Assembly (NCBI RefSeq): GCF_009914755.1
Contig: NC_060935.1
DNA: 64,000 nucleotides
Origin: the human T2T-CHM13v2.0 reference genome, Homo sapiens
Reading direction: 5' to 3' (one strand)
Under the pieces are notes generated by a model. The model was not told the origin of the DNA, searched no databases, and was given only the letters and a program-made list of their open reading frames with translations. This document shows positions 1 through 12,999 of this stretch, piece after piece. Position numbers and translations under genes: made by a program. The stretch's first letter is position 1, and the number at the start of each line of letters is the position of its first letter.

Positions 1-1431
1 TAGATCGTATGTGTGTGTATTTATATTTCTATCTCCTAGTTTTTCATTTGTTTTTAGACTTTTACTTGTAATTTTAGTCCTCATTAAGTGTAATGGTCCC
101 AGAAGATGTAGATACTGCCTTTGTTTCTTTTAGTTCTCCATGTAAAGTGAAATGTCTTTTAGTTGGTATTGCTTCCTTAGTAATAGAGGTAAAGATGGAG
201 CTGGTATGTTGAGGAGCCTTACAGCTGACCATCATCAGACACCCATAGATTCTGTTTATGTTTCCACAGAGGGTAGCTGTTTCTGACCCTTTTGTTATTT
301 TCCTTGAGCAAAAGTTGTGGGATCTTAGTGAAATTATAACCACAGTCTCATCCAAGGACACCCTCTGCTCAAGGAGAACCATTAGAACTTTCTTCTGCTT
401 TATTTGAATTTTAAGGGGAAAAATTGTTCTTTTATCTGCTTAAGAAACTATAACTTAAGAGGGCAAACCAGCAGAATTACTAGATAAGGGAACATACAAT
501 TTAGAAATTTTAAGTTCTAAAATCATATTGTACCTTCTGCCTCTGTGTAGATATACAGATATCCTGGGAGAAAGGACTGGTTTATCTCATTGAAGCTAAT
601 GACATGTCGGTTAGGGGATTTTAGGCTATTTGTGGGATTTCTCCCCCTAGGTTTCCCCATAATAAGTGAAAGCGTAATCTAGTCTCTCAGAATAATGATA
701 TACATTTGTTCAACAATGCTTGGCGAGTTGGGAGCAGCAGGAGTGGGAAAGCTAAAAATTTACATGGTCCGGAGCTTGAGATTGGCAAGACAGAACAGTG
801 GAAGACCTGGAGGGGGCTGAGGGGACTCAAAGATACCCTGTGGAGCATCATTGAGGGATTTCAGGTGAGGCCAGGTGAGGCTGGTGACTGCTCAGAGATA
901 GAGCAAGGATTGGAATTTCTCAATGAGGACAAAGACAATAGAAAGTAGGTGTCAGTGAGCGTAAGACATTGGAAGTCTAAGTGATTGCAAAGTATGAGAA
1001 CTTGTAGGTGGAGCAGCTTGCAGAAATGGGAGGTCCAAATATGGATTACGGAAGAAAATTGGGATGAAAGTCACAGTTCTTTCTATCTCTAGGTGTTGGC
1101 TGCTGCTTTTGGCTAGGAAGGAATAATAGAGGTGAGCTGGGTCTCAAAATAGCTCAATAAAGGTTCCTTCCTCTCTGCCGTTTTAAAAATACCAAGCAGC
1201 CTCATTTTAATTTGCATATCCTCTGGCTAGAGGAAGTACTTTAATCAGTACTTCTAATTGTGGAAAAGAAGAGAACATGCCACCACCCGCCCACACATGC
1301 ACACAGAGGATCTGATAATGAAGAATAGTGTTCTCCCACACTAGGACCAAAGCTGCTGGTTTCTCCGTTGCCCTAAGAATCCAGATTGTAGGGCAAAACT
1401 CAAGTCTTGCTCCCATTGTAAAAAGAAGCTC

Positions 1432-1742
1432 TTTTTTCTTTGTTTTTTCAAGACAGGGTATTGCTCTGTTGCCCAGGCTGGAGTGCAGTGGCACAATCAT
1501 GGCTCACCCAGCCTCAAACTTCCAGGCTTCAATCCACCCACCTCAGCCTCCTGAGTAGCTGGGGCTACAGGTGTACGCCAGCATACCTGGCTAATTTTTT
1601 TAAATTTATTTTTTGTAGAGGTGGAGTCTCACTATGTTGCCCAGGCTGGTCTTGAACTCTTGGGTTCAAATGGTCCCCCTCCCTACCCTGGCCTCAGCCT
1701 CCCAAAGTGTTGGGATTACAGGTGTGACCCACTACATCTGGC
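1432..1742 (-). mobile_element. Alu (AluJ-like)
   Basis: Poly-T followed by reverse Alu; degenerate TSD AAAAGA[A/G]G[C/T]TCTT. Confidence 0.9.
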
Positions 1743-3216
1743 AAAAGAGGTTCTTGTTTTTCTGTTTCTTATTTTCCTTTTTGGGAGGGGTGGGGGGAAT
1801 ATGCTCTTGACAGTATATCTCTGAAGGAATTTGACACGATTACCTTCATTATTCTGAGAGCCATCATGCATATGGGATTGTATAAGGGCAGTTACCTAAC
1901 TGAGGCCTTCTGCTTTTCCTTGAGTCATCACTCTGTATTCTCACTACAAGACTATCTTCCCGACTTTACCATTTATTTTTTCCATTTGCTGAATGGTTCC
2001 CATGGCCTTGGTGTTCTTGAGAATGTTAGGAGACCTGGAGCAGATAAGTTGTCCTCTGAGCTGCTGTGTGGGGATTCTTGGGGGATCACTGGCTCAGAAG
2101 TTCTTCTCCAAGGTAGTTTGGCCTGGTCATTCTATGTTTTCATTTTGGATTAGCTTCTTGAATTGCCCCACAGATCCAATGCAGAAAGTATCTCTTCAGC
2201 TAGGAATACTATAGGGTAAAATGAAATCTAAGACATGGCCTTCCGAGGCATCTATACTGTGTCTAGGAAGCTCAGACAAATACATAATGGTGAACAATAA
2301 AATACAGTGTCTAAGAGGCATTACTGCATAAAGGAATAAGACTGATTCTAAAAAATCACCCAACTAAAGGGGTTTTATACCTTTGTTTGGAGTTCAAACT
2401 CATGTAAAAGGCTTGGAATTGGATGCTGCAGAGGGATGTTATTGCTAGTGTTGGGAGAAGAGAGGACAGCACTGAGGAAGGCTTCCTGGAAGATGAAGAC
2501 TTGAACTTGATGACAGAGGAGAGTAGGAATTGGATGGAGGGATCAGAGTGCGTGCAGAGGGCATCTCCTCACGAGAGTGTGGTGTTTGCAAAAGCACAGT
2601 GGGAGAAAGGTGCCCTCCCTTTCTGAAGGACATCAAGGAGATCAGTATGTTTGAGAAAGAGTTTGTGGAAGAGCCTCATGGGAGACGAAATGCACAGGCA
2701 GCTCCAGATTGCCTAGATCCATGACATTGGTAGGGGACAGGGCAGAGACAGGGCAGCGTCACTTGGAAGGATCAGGCTCAGAGGTTCATGGTGTGGTTTC
2801 TCCAGTAATGTTCTTCAGAGGATGTAGCACCTTGGGAAAACTCTCCTTCATTCCTCTGAGATTCATAACTTTAGACCAGAAACTTGCTTATAGCTTCAAG
2901 CAGTCCCTTGCTTATTAATTTTGAAACATTTTATCTTGTACTACTACTTTTTGCTCTTCCTAAGCAGGGCAGGGTTGCCTTGAGCTAAACCCAGGATGCT
3001 TTGAAAACAACATAAAACACCTTGCAAATGGCAATTTGTCCCCTCTATCCTGAGTCAAGGAGTAACCAAAGGGATATGTTTGAGGCACAGAGAGTATGAT
3101 CTGTGGGTCACACCATGGTAGGCCTAAACTCTAGTTGATTATCCCATTGCAAAACTTCCATGCCTCTAGTAATTAAATGTGCAAATGATAACAACCTTTT
3201 TTTTTTTTTCTGCCAG

Positions 3217-3397
3217 GGGAATTGATCCCTATGACAAACCAAATACCATCTACATTGAACGACACGAACCCTCTGGCTACTCCACTGTCTTCCGAAGTAC
3301 AGATTTCTTCCAGTCCCGGGAAAACCAGGAAGTGATCCTTGAGGAAGTGAGAGATTTTCAGCTTCGGGACAAGTACATGTTTGCTACAAAGGTGGTG
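3217..3397 (+). CDS. SORL1: SORL1 exon (6 by recalled numbering), 181 nt, VPS10P: [60 protein letters not shown]
   Basis: T-tract + tgccAG acceptor ending 3216; GTAAGT donor at 3398. Confidence 0.97.
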
Positions 3398-4925
3398 GTA
3401 AGTTGAATGTACTAAAGAATAAACTACTTTTGAGTTTCCTTTGTGAAGTTTGGCATTCTGTGATTAAACAGGTGAGTTTGCATACACAGGAATTGGAAGG
3501 ATGTGCTTGGGACAGATTGACTGAAGGGATCTCAACATTGACAACATTGACGAACATTCCGAAAGGGCTTGGCAGGTGCTAGGAAGTCAGAGGAGTGGAG
3601 AGGCCTAGGACAAACACTCAAAGTGGCTCTAGGCTCTAGGAATTTGGTTGTTTCCTGGTAGCCAAGCATCCTTGACAAAGACGTATTTCTTTGAAATCCC
3701 AATGAAAAGAACAAAGAATGGAGAGGGGAGGGTGGCTCAGTGGCTTCTTTCCTTTAATCCCACTGCCTGATTTCCTTTAAACTTATGCTGATTTCTTTGA
3801 GGTTTTTCAACACATGTCAATTTACATGGCTAATAGGATGTGTAGTCATTGGCTAGTGGGAGTTAATGCTCTAAGAAAAGCAGTAATTAAGCTTCCAGCT
3901 GTCAGTAAGTAGCTTAACTCTCAGCCTTTGGGAAAATCTTCCCCTTGATTTGATGTGTTGGAGCCAGATGCCGAAATGGTGGGCTTGCTCATTCAAAACC
4001 AGAGTTGATTACTTAACAGGACTTGTCTTGAAATTGTATTGAGTTCAGTCTTTATCACCCTGGTTGTAAAGGAAAAAACCAGGCCCAGTCAAGGGCAGGT
4101 GGGGCTCTTATTTCTGGGAGGCTACTAGCTTGCTTTCCTGATGGTGCCCTTCCCTTGTTGACTCAGGGTCTGTTGAAGGCCTTTGCTAACTGGGAGGTTA
4201 CTCTGTTGTCTTTCACTGTTAACCTTAGAGACTGAAATCAGACGTAATCTTTTCCTTCAGATTCTCATTTACTTCTATAATTGGTAGCAGGCCAGGTGGA
4301 AGTAGGTCAACCTTCTTAGTAGGATTTTAGGGTCAAGAGAGGATCTCCCCAGCAGGAAAAGCAGGGAGTAAGGACAGAATGAGAAGAGAGATGTGGGTGG
4401 CTAAAGGCTAGAGGCATTTCCAGTTACATACCTTGCAAAATGTTCTGAAAAACCATTAGCCTATGGCAGTTTTTCTTGTCAGGCCATTTGCATTGACCCA
4501 TAGACATTGGTTCAGTGCCTTCCTGCCTTGACTGTTTCTTTATCTTTCTCTTAAACACACATGCACAAATATGTACAGCAGCCCAGAAACATAAGCATCC
4601 TCGAATGGCTTTGGGCAGGGATGGGGTGATGGGAACACACAGATAAGAAATCAGGCCCAAGCACTGGTGCCTTGTGACATCAGTTGGACAGTCTTGAGTT
4701 TTCAGTATGGTCTAAAACCTTGTCTTCAGTTCTCCAGGGTTTATAGGCCTTTTCTGCCTTAATGCCTTGGGCCTGGAGTTATTGTGTGATTTTAATTCTG
4801 AACTCTAAAACACATTGACTGACTGCCTGGTTTGTCCTCCTTTTTGCTTGAACCAGGGCAGGATGGATAGCTGTTGTGCATTTCTCTTAACCGGGTTATT
4901 TCTAGGTGTCACGGTCGAGAGTTTA

Positions 4926-5246
<321 letters not shown>

Positions 5247-5704
5247 CTAGCTGGAGCTTTCTGTGCCCTCCATTCTAGTCTAACAGCTATGTCTGTTCTC
5301 CAGATGTATCTGATTTACAGAGTGCCTGTGGTGAGTTTTTAATTAAACCTGGCCAGTGGTAAGATTAGGGGTCATGTTTGTTTTGATCTCACCGATACAG
5401 TACCCAGTGCCTTGCGCTATGTTTGATACGCAGCAGATGCGCAATAGAGTTGAATGAATGCCATGTTTGCCCACCTAATTTAAAAAGTAGTCAATTTTTA
5501 GAAATTTGGTGGGAGACGTATTAAATTTTTGGTACTTTTATAGGCAATTCTTAACTCTCTGTATGGCTTATTTATTTATATGCTGTTGGTGGCAAAATTG
5601 TAGTTATGAGCTGGCTCCTCCTTCTGCACATGGATGAGCCACCAGATTCCAGGGTCAGTGGTATTAGTGAGAGGATGTAGGTAAGATGAGTTAGGCCACC
5701 ACTG

Positions 5705-5860
5705 AGAGGTGTTTCCCAAATTGTGGTCTTAGGAGTACCCACGTCAGCATCAGGCAAGGACAGTTGTTACAAGTGCAGATTGCAGGGCTCAAATGCACTT
5801 TTCCCCAGATCATCCCAAGGTTGTCTAACAATCACCAGTTTGAGAAACTCTGCCCTGAGC
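5705..5860. mobile_element. MER5-like hAT DNA transposon remnant
   Basis: Degenerate TTTCCCAAA...TTTGAGAAACTCTG ends and internal TGCAGATT; boundaries approximate. Confidence 0.5.
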
Positions 5861-6789
5861 CTTCTACAGGCAGATGCTTCAAATGACAGAGTTGTACTAC
5901 TGTCTAGGGAATATTTCTCAAGGGATGGATTGATGGGAAAAGAAACACAACTGGCTGTGGATAGCACACAAAATATGTGCTTTCCTCCTTTTTATTACAT
6001 CAGACTGCTAAACGACAAGGATAAACAAAGTTGGCCTCGGTCAGATAATCCCCTCCCAGTAAGAGTGTTGAAACCTGCAAGTGTAACTTTTTATCTGGGG
6101 TCTGCCTAGCTCTAAGGCTGCCTGAGCTTGGGAAATTCCAGCTGGCTTTAGTGTTAAATGAATTCAAATCAAATTGGGAAAATCAAAGAACTGATTTTAA
6201 AGCTACAGAAAGCTGGTTTTGCATGATTAACTCTTTTGCTTCCTTCCAGCACCATGAATGATTACAGTCCTTTGCAAGCTACTGTTTCAGCCCCCTGGCT
6301 TCTGGACTGGAGCTGGTGTCCAGGTCTTCAGAACCTCCTGGTACCCTGTTGGCCTCGCTCTGGCTTTATAATGTGCTTTGTATTTTTTGCCCTTAAGTTG
6401 CCTTGTTTAATTTTTATTCCTTGCTTTTTGACATGAAGTTCACTTATTTGTCTTCATAGTGTACATCAAAATGATAGGGCCATTAAAGAAACAATGAGGT
6501 TCCTCTGTGATTTGTTAATTTGGTAATATACAACTGTTAGGCTCTTTCAGTAGATAACAGTAATTGCTGAAAAGCTTGAGGTGGGTCAGGGTTAGCTACT
6601 CCCCTACAACCTCACAACCTCATAACCTCACTACCAGATTAAGATTATCATGCAAGCCAGGCCCAGATATTTCTTGCACAAATGTGTATCAGTAAGCAAA
6701 GACATGATCTGTGGACTTGAAGTCTCTTCTGTGACCTTACAGATGATGCAGCCACCCACGCCTTGCATGCTGCAGACGCTGTGTTCTAG

Positions 6790-6997
6790 AGTGGATGCTA
6801 GGAAACTATGGCCCACCACCTGTTTTTGTAAATGAAGTTTTACTGGGACACAGCCATGCTCATTGCTTATTTGTGGTCTAAGGTTGCTTTCATGCCCAGT
6901 GGTAGAGTTGCATAGGTACCTATACAGAGGCAATATGGCTCCAAAAGCCTAAAATATCTATTATCTGGACCTTTACAGATAGTTGTCTGACTTCCTG
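6790..6997 (-). mobile_element. MER58A-like hAT DNA transposon
   Basis: TTTTTGTAAATGAAGTTTTACTGGGACACAGCCATGCTCATT...CCTAAAATAT resembles the reverse MER58 consensus. Confidence 0.75.
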
Positions 6998-7821
6998 TAG
7001 TTGCTGACTATGCTGATAGTTGTCTGTTACCCCTTCAGTTGGCATCAGGTAACTGGAATCGCAATGTCTTGACAGGTCCCAGGCATTATCCAGAAAAGTA
7101 TAGGTTATGGGCCTCTCTAAATTGTTATGCCCTGTTAATGACAGGATGGTATCTTTAGAATATTATGCCCAATTCAAGTATTTTGATGTCACACCAGTCT
7201 CCCAAGTGAGGGTCCATGTGTATTTTCATGATTCTGACTAAGCAACCACGAATTTCACTATTGAAAACCAATTTTCAACCTTAAGCTAATTTGCTCTCTA
7301 ATGTTGATCAGAGGTAACAGAACAGTTTAGTAACTGCTACAGGGTGTTGTGGGCTTCTAGATGAGAAATCAGCTGACAAAACTGTGTTGTGAATTATAGG
7401 ATAACTGACCCAAACCAAACTACTTATAAATTATTTTAACTATGTTACTTAAATGTATAAGCACCCAATGCTTATAACTCTCATACGTGATCAATAAAAC
7501 CCAGATATTTACAGATTAAAAATAAAACTATAACAATACATTTAAAATTAATATTTGTTACAACTGTGTTGAGATACAATTCACATTCTGCAAAATTTAC
7601 CCTTTTTAAGTGTGCAATTTAGTGGTTTTTAGTTTATTCATAAGGTTATACAATGATCATCATTACCTAATTCCAAATATTTTTATCACCTCAGAAAGAA
7701 ACCACATACCCATTACCATTACTTCCTTCTCCTCCCTGATGCTGGTAACCACTAACCTAGTATCTTTATGGCTTTTTCAATTTTGGGCAATTTGTGTAAT
7801 GGAAATCATACAATTTGTGAC

Positions 7822-8184
7822 TTTATTAGTCCATTTTCATACTGCTATGATGAAATGCCCGACACTGGGTTATTTATAAAGAAAAAGAGGTTTAATAGAC
7901 TCACAGTTCCACATGGCTGGAGAGGCCTCACAATCAAGGCGGAAGGTGAAGGAGGAGCAAAGGCATGGCTTACGTGGCGGCAGGCAAGAGAGTGTGTGCA
8001 GGGGAACTGCCCTTTATAAAACCATCAGATTTTGTGAGACTTATTTATTATCATGAGAACAGCACAGGAAAACCCACCCCCATGATTCAGTTACCTCCCA
8101 CCAGGTCCCTCCCATGACATGTGGGGATTATGGGAGCTACAATTCAAGATGAGATTTGGGTGGGGACACAGCCAAACCATATCA
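7822..8184 (-). mobile_element. THE1-family MaLR solo LTR
   Basis: Ends in GATTTGGGTGGGGACACAGCCAAACCATATCA (reverse of the THE1 start); TSD GTGAC at 7817-7821 and 8185-8189. Confidence 0.92.
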
Positions 8185-8432
8185 GTGACCTTTTGTGACT
8201 GGTTTCTTTCACAGTATAATGTTTTCAAGTTTCATTTATGTTGTAGCATGTATCATTACTTTAACCATTTTTAATGGCTGACTAGTATTGTAATGAATAT
8301 AACACATTTTATTTATCCATCTATTAGTTGGTGGCCATTTGGCTTGTGTCTACTGTTTTACTGTTACAAACAGTGCTGCTGTGAATGTTCGTGTGCACGT
8401 TTGTGTGTGAACTTATGTTTTAATTCTGTTAG

Positions 8433-8785
<353 letters not shown>

Positions 8786-9212
8786 GACAATTCTATGTTT
8801 AACTTTTCGAGAATCGGTCAAGTGGTTTTCCAAAACTATTGTACCATTTTATATTCCCACCAGAAATGTATTAGGGTGTAGTTTTCCCATATCCTTGTCA
8901 ACATTTGCTACTGTTTTTTGGATGATAGCCATCCCAGTTAAGTGTGAAGTGGTATCTTATGGTTTTCATTTGAATTCCTGATGGCTAAGGATGTTGAACA
9001 TCTTTTCACGTGGCTGTTGGCCATTTGTATGTCTTTCTTGGATGGATGTCTATTCAAGTCCTTTGTCCGTTTTTAAATTGGGTTCTTTTTTATTGTTGAG
9101 TTATAATAGTTCTTTATTCTATATATTCTTTATATACAAGTTATATGATTTGCAAATCTTTTCTGCCATTCCGTGGTTTATCTTTTTACTTTTTTCTTTT
9201 TCAGCACTGAAG

Positions 9213-9526
<314 letters not shown>

Positions 9527-9850
9527 TAATTTTGATGAAGTTCAGTTTATCCATTTTTTTTTGCTGCCTGTGCTGTTGTTATATCCAAGAAACTATTGCC
9601 TAATCTGAGGTCATGAATATATACTTCCCTTTCCTTTAAGAGTTATGTAGTTTTAGTTCTTACAGTCTATGATTCATTTTCAATTAATTTTTGTATCTAG
9701 TGTGAAATAGTTATTTACCTTCATTCTTTTGCATGTGGATAACCAGTTGTCCCACCACCATTTGTTGAAAAGGCTATACTTTTTCCTTGGCACCTTGGTT
9801 GGAAATTATTTTCTCATAAATATGAGAATTTATTTCTGGACTCCTTCTCT

Positions 9851-10056
9851 CTTTTTTTTTGAGACAGTTTTGCTGTCACCTAGGCTGGAATATAGTGGCA
9901 TGGTCATGGCTCACTGCAGCTTTGAACTCCCAGGCTTAAAGGTCCTCCTGCCCCAGCCTCCTGAGTAGCTGCAACTGCAGGCATTCACCACTGTGCCTGG
10001 CTAAGTTTTTGAAGAGACAGGGTCTCACTATGTTGCCCAGGCCACTGCACCTGGCC
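9851..10056 (-). mobile_element. Alu with internal deletion in the left arm
   Basis: GTTGCCCAGG joins directly to CCACTGCACCTGGCC; TSD TTTCTGGACTC. Confidence 0.85.
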
Positions 10057-10481
10057 TGTTTCTGGACTCTTAATTCTATTCCATTAATCTGTATATCTAC
10101 CCCTATGCCAGCATCACACTGTCTTGATTACTGTAGTTCTCTAATAAGTTTTGAATTTGGAAAATTTGAACTCTCCAACTTTGTTCTTTTTCAAGATTGT
10201 ATTGGCTATTCTGGGTTCCTTGCATTTCCATGTGTATTTTAAGATCAGCTTGTCAATTTTTTGCCAAAACAAAACAAAAACCACAGATAGGATTTTGATA
10301 GAGATTGATCTACAGATTCAACACAATTTGGAGAGTGTTATCATCTTAATATATCATGCCTTCCAATGCATGGACAAAGGATATTCTTCCATTTATTTAG
10401 GTTTTCTTTAATTTCTTTCAACTGGGTTTTCTGGTTTTCAGTGTACAAGTCCCGGACTTCTTTAGTTAAAATTTTTTTCCT

Positions 10482-10889
<408 letters not shown>

Positions 10890-12637
10890 CTACAACCTTG
10901 CTGAACTTTATTAGTTCTAACTTTTTTGGTGTGTGGATTCCTTAGGATTTTCTGTTTACAAGATGATGTTGTCTGCTAAAAGAGACAACATCATCCTTTA
11001 ATTCTTCCTTTTCAGTCTGGAGGCCTTTTATTTATTTATTTTTTTGCCCAACTGCCTTGGGTAGAACCTCTAGTAAAATGTTGACTAGGAGTGGAGAGAG
11101 TAGGCATCCTTGTCTTATTCCTGATCTTAGGGGAAATGCATTCAGTCTTATTAAGTATGATTTTTAACTGTGAGGTTTTTCTAGATGTCCTTTATCAATT
11201 TGAGGAAGGTTCCCTTCTATTCATGGGTTGTTGAGTGTTTTTATCATGAAAAAATCTGGGATTTTGTCAGTGCTTTTTCTGTGTCAGTTGCAATGATCAT
11301 ATGTTTCTTTTTTTTCCTCCTTTAGTCTATTAACATTGAATATTACACTGATGGATCTTTCTCATATGTTAAACCAATGCACATTTTTGGAATGAATCCC
11401 ACATGCTCTTGGTTTATAATCATTTTTATCCTTTAATTTGTTTGGCAGAATTTACCATCTTTGTGGGAAGTTTTCTGGATACTAATTCAATCTTTTCAGT
11501 TTTTAAAATTTCTCTTTGGTTCAGTTTCAGCAGTTTGTATCTTTCTAGTAATTTGTTCATTTATTCTAGGTTATTTAATTTTTAATTATTCATAGTGTTC
11601 ACATTAATCTTTTTTTTATTTCTGTGAGGTTGTTAATGATGTTTCTTATTTCTTTCCTAATTTTAGTAATTTGAGTCTTCTCTTTTTTTCTTGGTAAGTC
11701 TAGCTTGTAGTCTAGTTTATTAAATGTTGTTAATCTTTTCAAAGAATCAATATATTGTTTGAGTAATTTTCTTTATTATTTTTCTCTTCTCTATTTCATT
11801 TATTCCTACTGTAATCTTTATATTTCTTTCATTCTGCTTGCTTTGGGCTTAGTTTGCCCTTATGTTTCTATGTTCTTAAGGTGGATAGTCAGGTTATTGA
11901 TTTGATATTTTTCTTCTTTTTTTATATAAGTGATTACAGGTATACATTTTCCTCTAATCACTGCTTTAGCTGCATTTCATATGCTTATGTTTTCATTTTC
12001 ATTCATCTTAAAGTATTTTCTAATGATTCTTGTGATTCCTTTTGACTTCATTGATGATTTTTGAATGTGTTGTTTAATTTCAATATATTTGTGAATTTCC
12101 TTCACTTTTTGGTTTCTCATTTTATTCTATTATGATCACAGAATGTACTTTATATGGTTTCAGTTCTTTTTAAATGTATTGGGGCCTATTTTAATACTTA
12201 ACATCTGTTATCCTTGAGAATGTGGCTGAACATGTGGAATGAAACATGTGCTTTGAGAAGAATGTGTATTCTGCTGTTATTGGGTATTATGTTCTATAAG
12301 TGTTTATTAAATCTACTTGGCTGATGGTGATGTTCAGTTTATCTTTTTCCTTTTCTGCCTTGTTCTATATTGAAGGTGGGAAAATCTTCAACTGTTGAAA
12401 TCTTTAAGTATTATCATCTTGATTATTTATTTCTCTCTTCAATTCTGTCAGTTTTCCCTCATGTGCTTTGGAGTTCTGTTGTTAGGTGCATATATGTTTA
12501 TGATTGTTAATTCTTCTAGATTGACACTTTTATCATTATTAAATGTCCTTCCTTGTCTCTAGTAACTATTTTTTGTCTTAAATTCTATTTTGCCTATTAT
12601 TATAGCTATTCTTTTCTTCTGGGTACAGTAAACATGG

Positions 12638-12999
12638 TGTATTAGTCCGTTTTCATGCTGCTGATAAAGACATACCCAACACTGGGCAATTTACAAAAAA
12701 GGTTTATAATGGACTTACAGTTCCATGTGGCTGGGAAGCCTCACAATCATGGTGGAAGGCAAGCAGGAGCAAGTCATGTCTTACATGGATGGCAGCAGGC
12801 AAAGAGAGCTCATGCAGGGAAACTCCTCCTTTTTAAAACCATCAGATCTCATGAGACTTATTCACTATCAGGAGAACAGTGATAACACTATCATGGAAAA
12901 GACCTGCCCCCATGGTTCAGTTACCTCCCACCTGGTCCCTCCCATGACATGTGGGAATTCAAGATGAGATTTGGGTGGGGACACAGCCAAACCGTATCA
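12638..12999 (-). mobile_element. THE1-family MaLR solo LTR
   Basis: TGTATTAGTCCGTTTTCATGCTGCTGATAAAGACATACCC...ACACAGCCAAACCGTATCA; TSD CATGG at 12633-12637 and 13000-13004. Confidence 0.92.

Noticed and set aside
3389-3403. GTG-GTG-GTAAGT tandem donors at the end of exon 6
   Set aside because: The upstream GTs match U1 poorly compared with the consensus GTAAGT, so meaningful use is unlikely.
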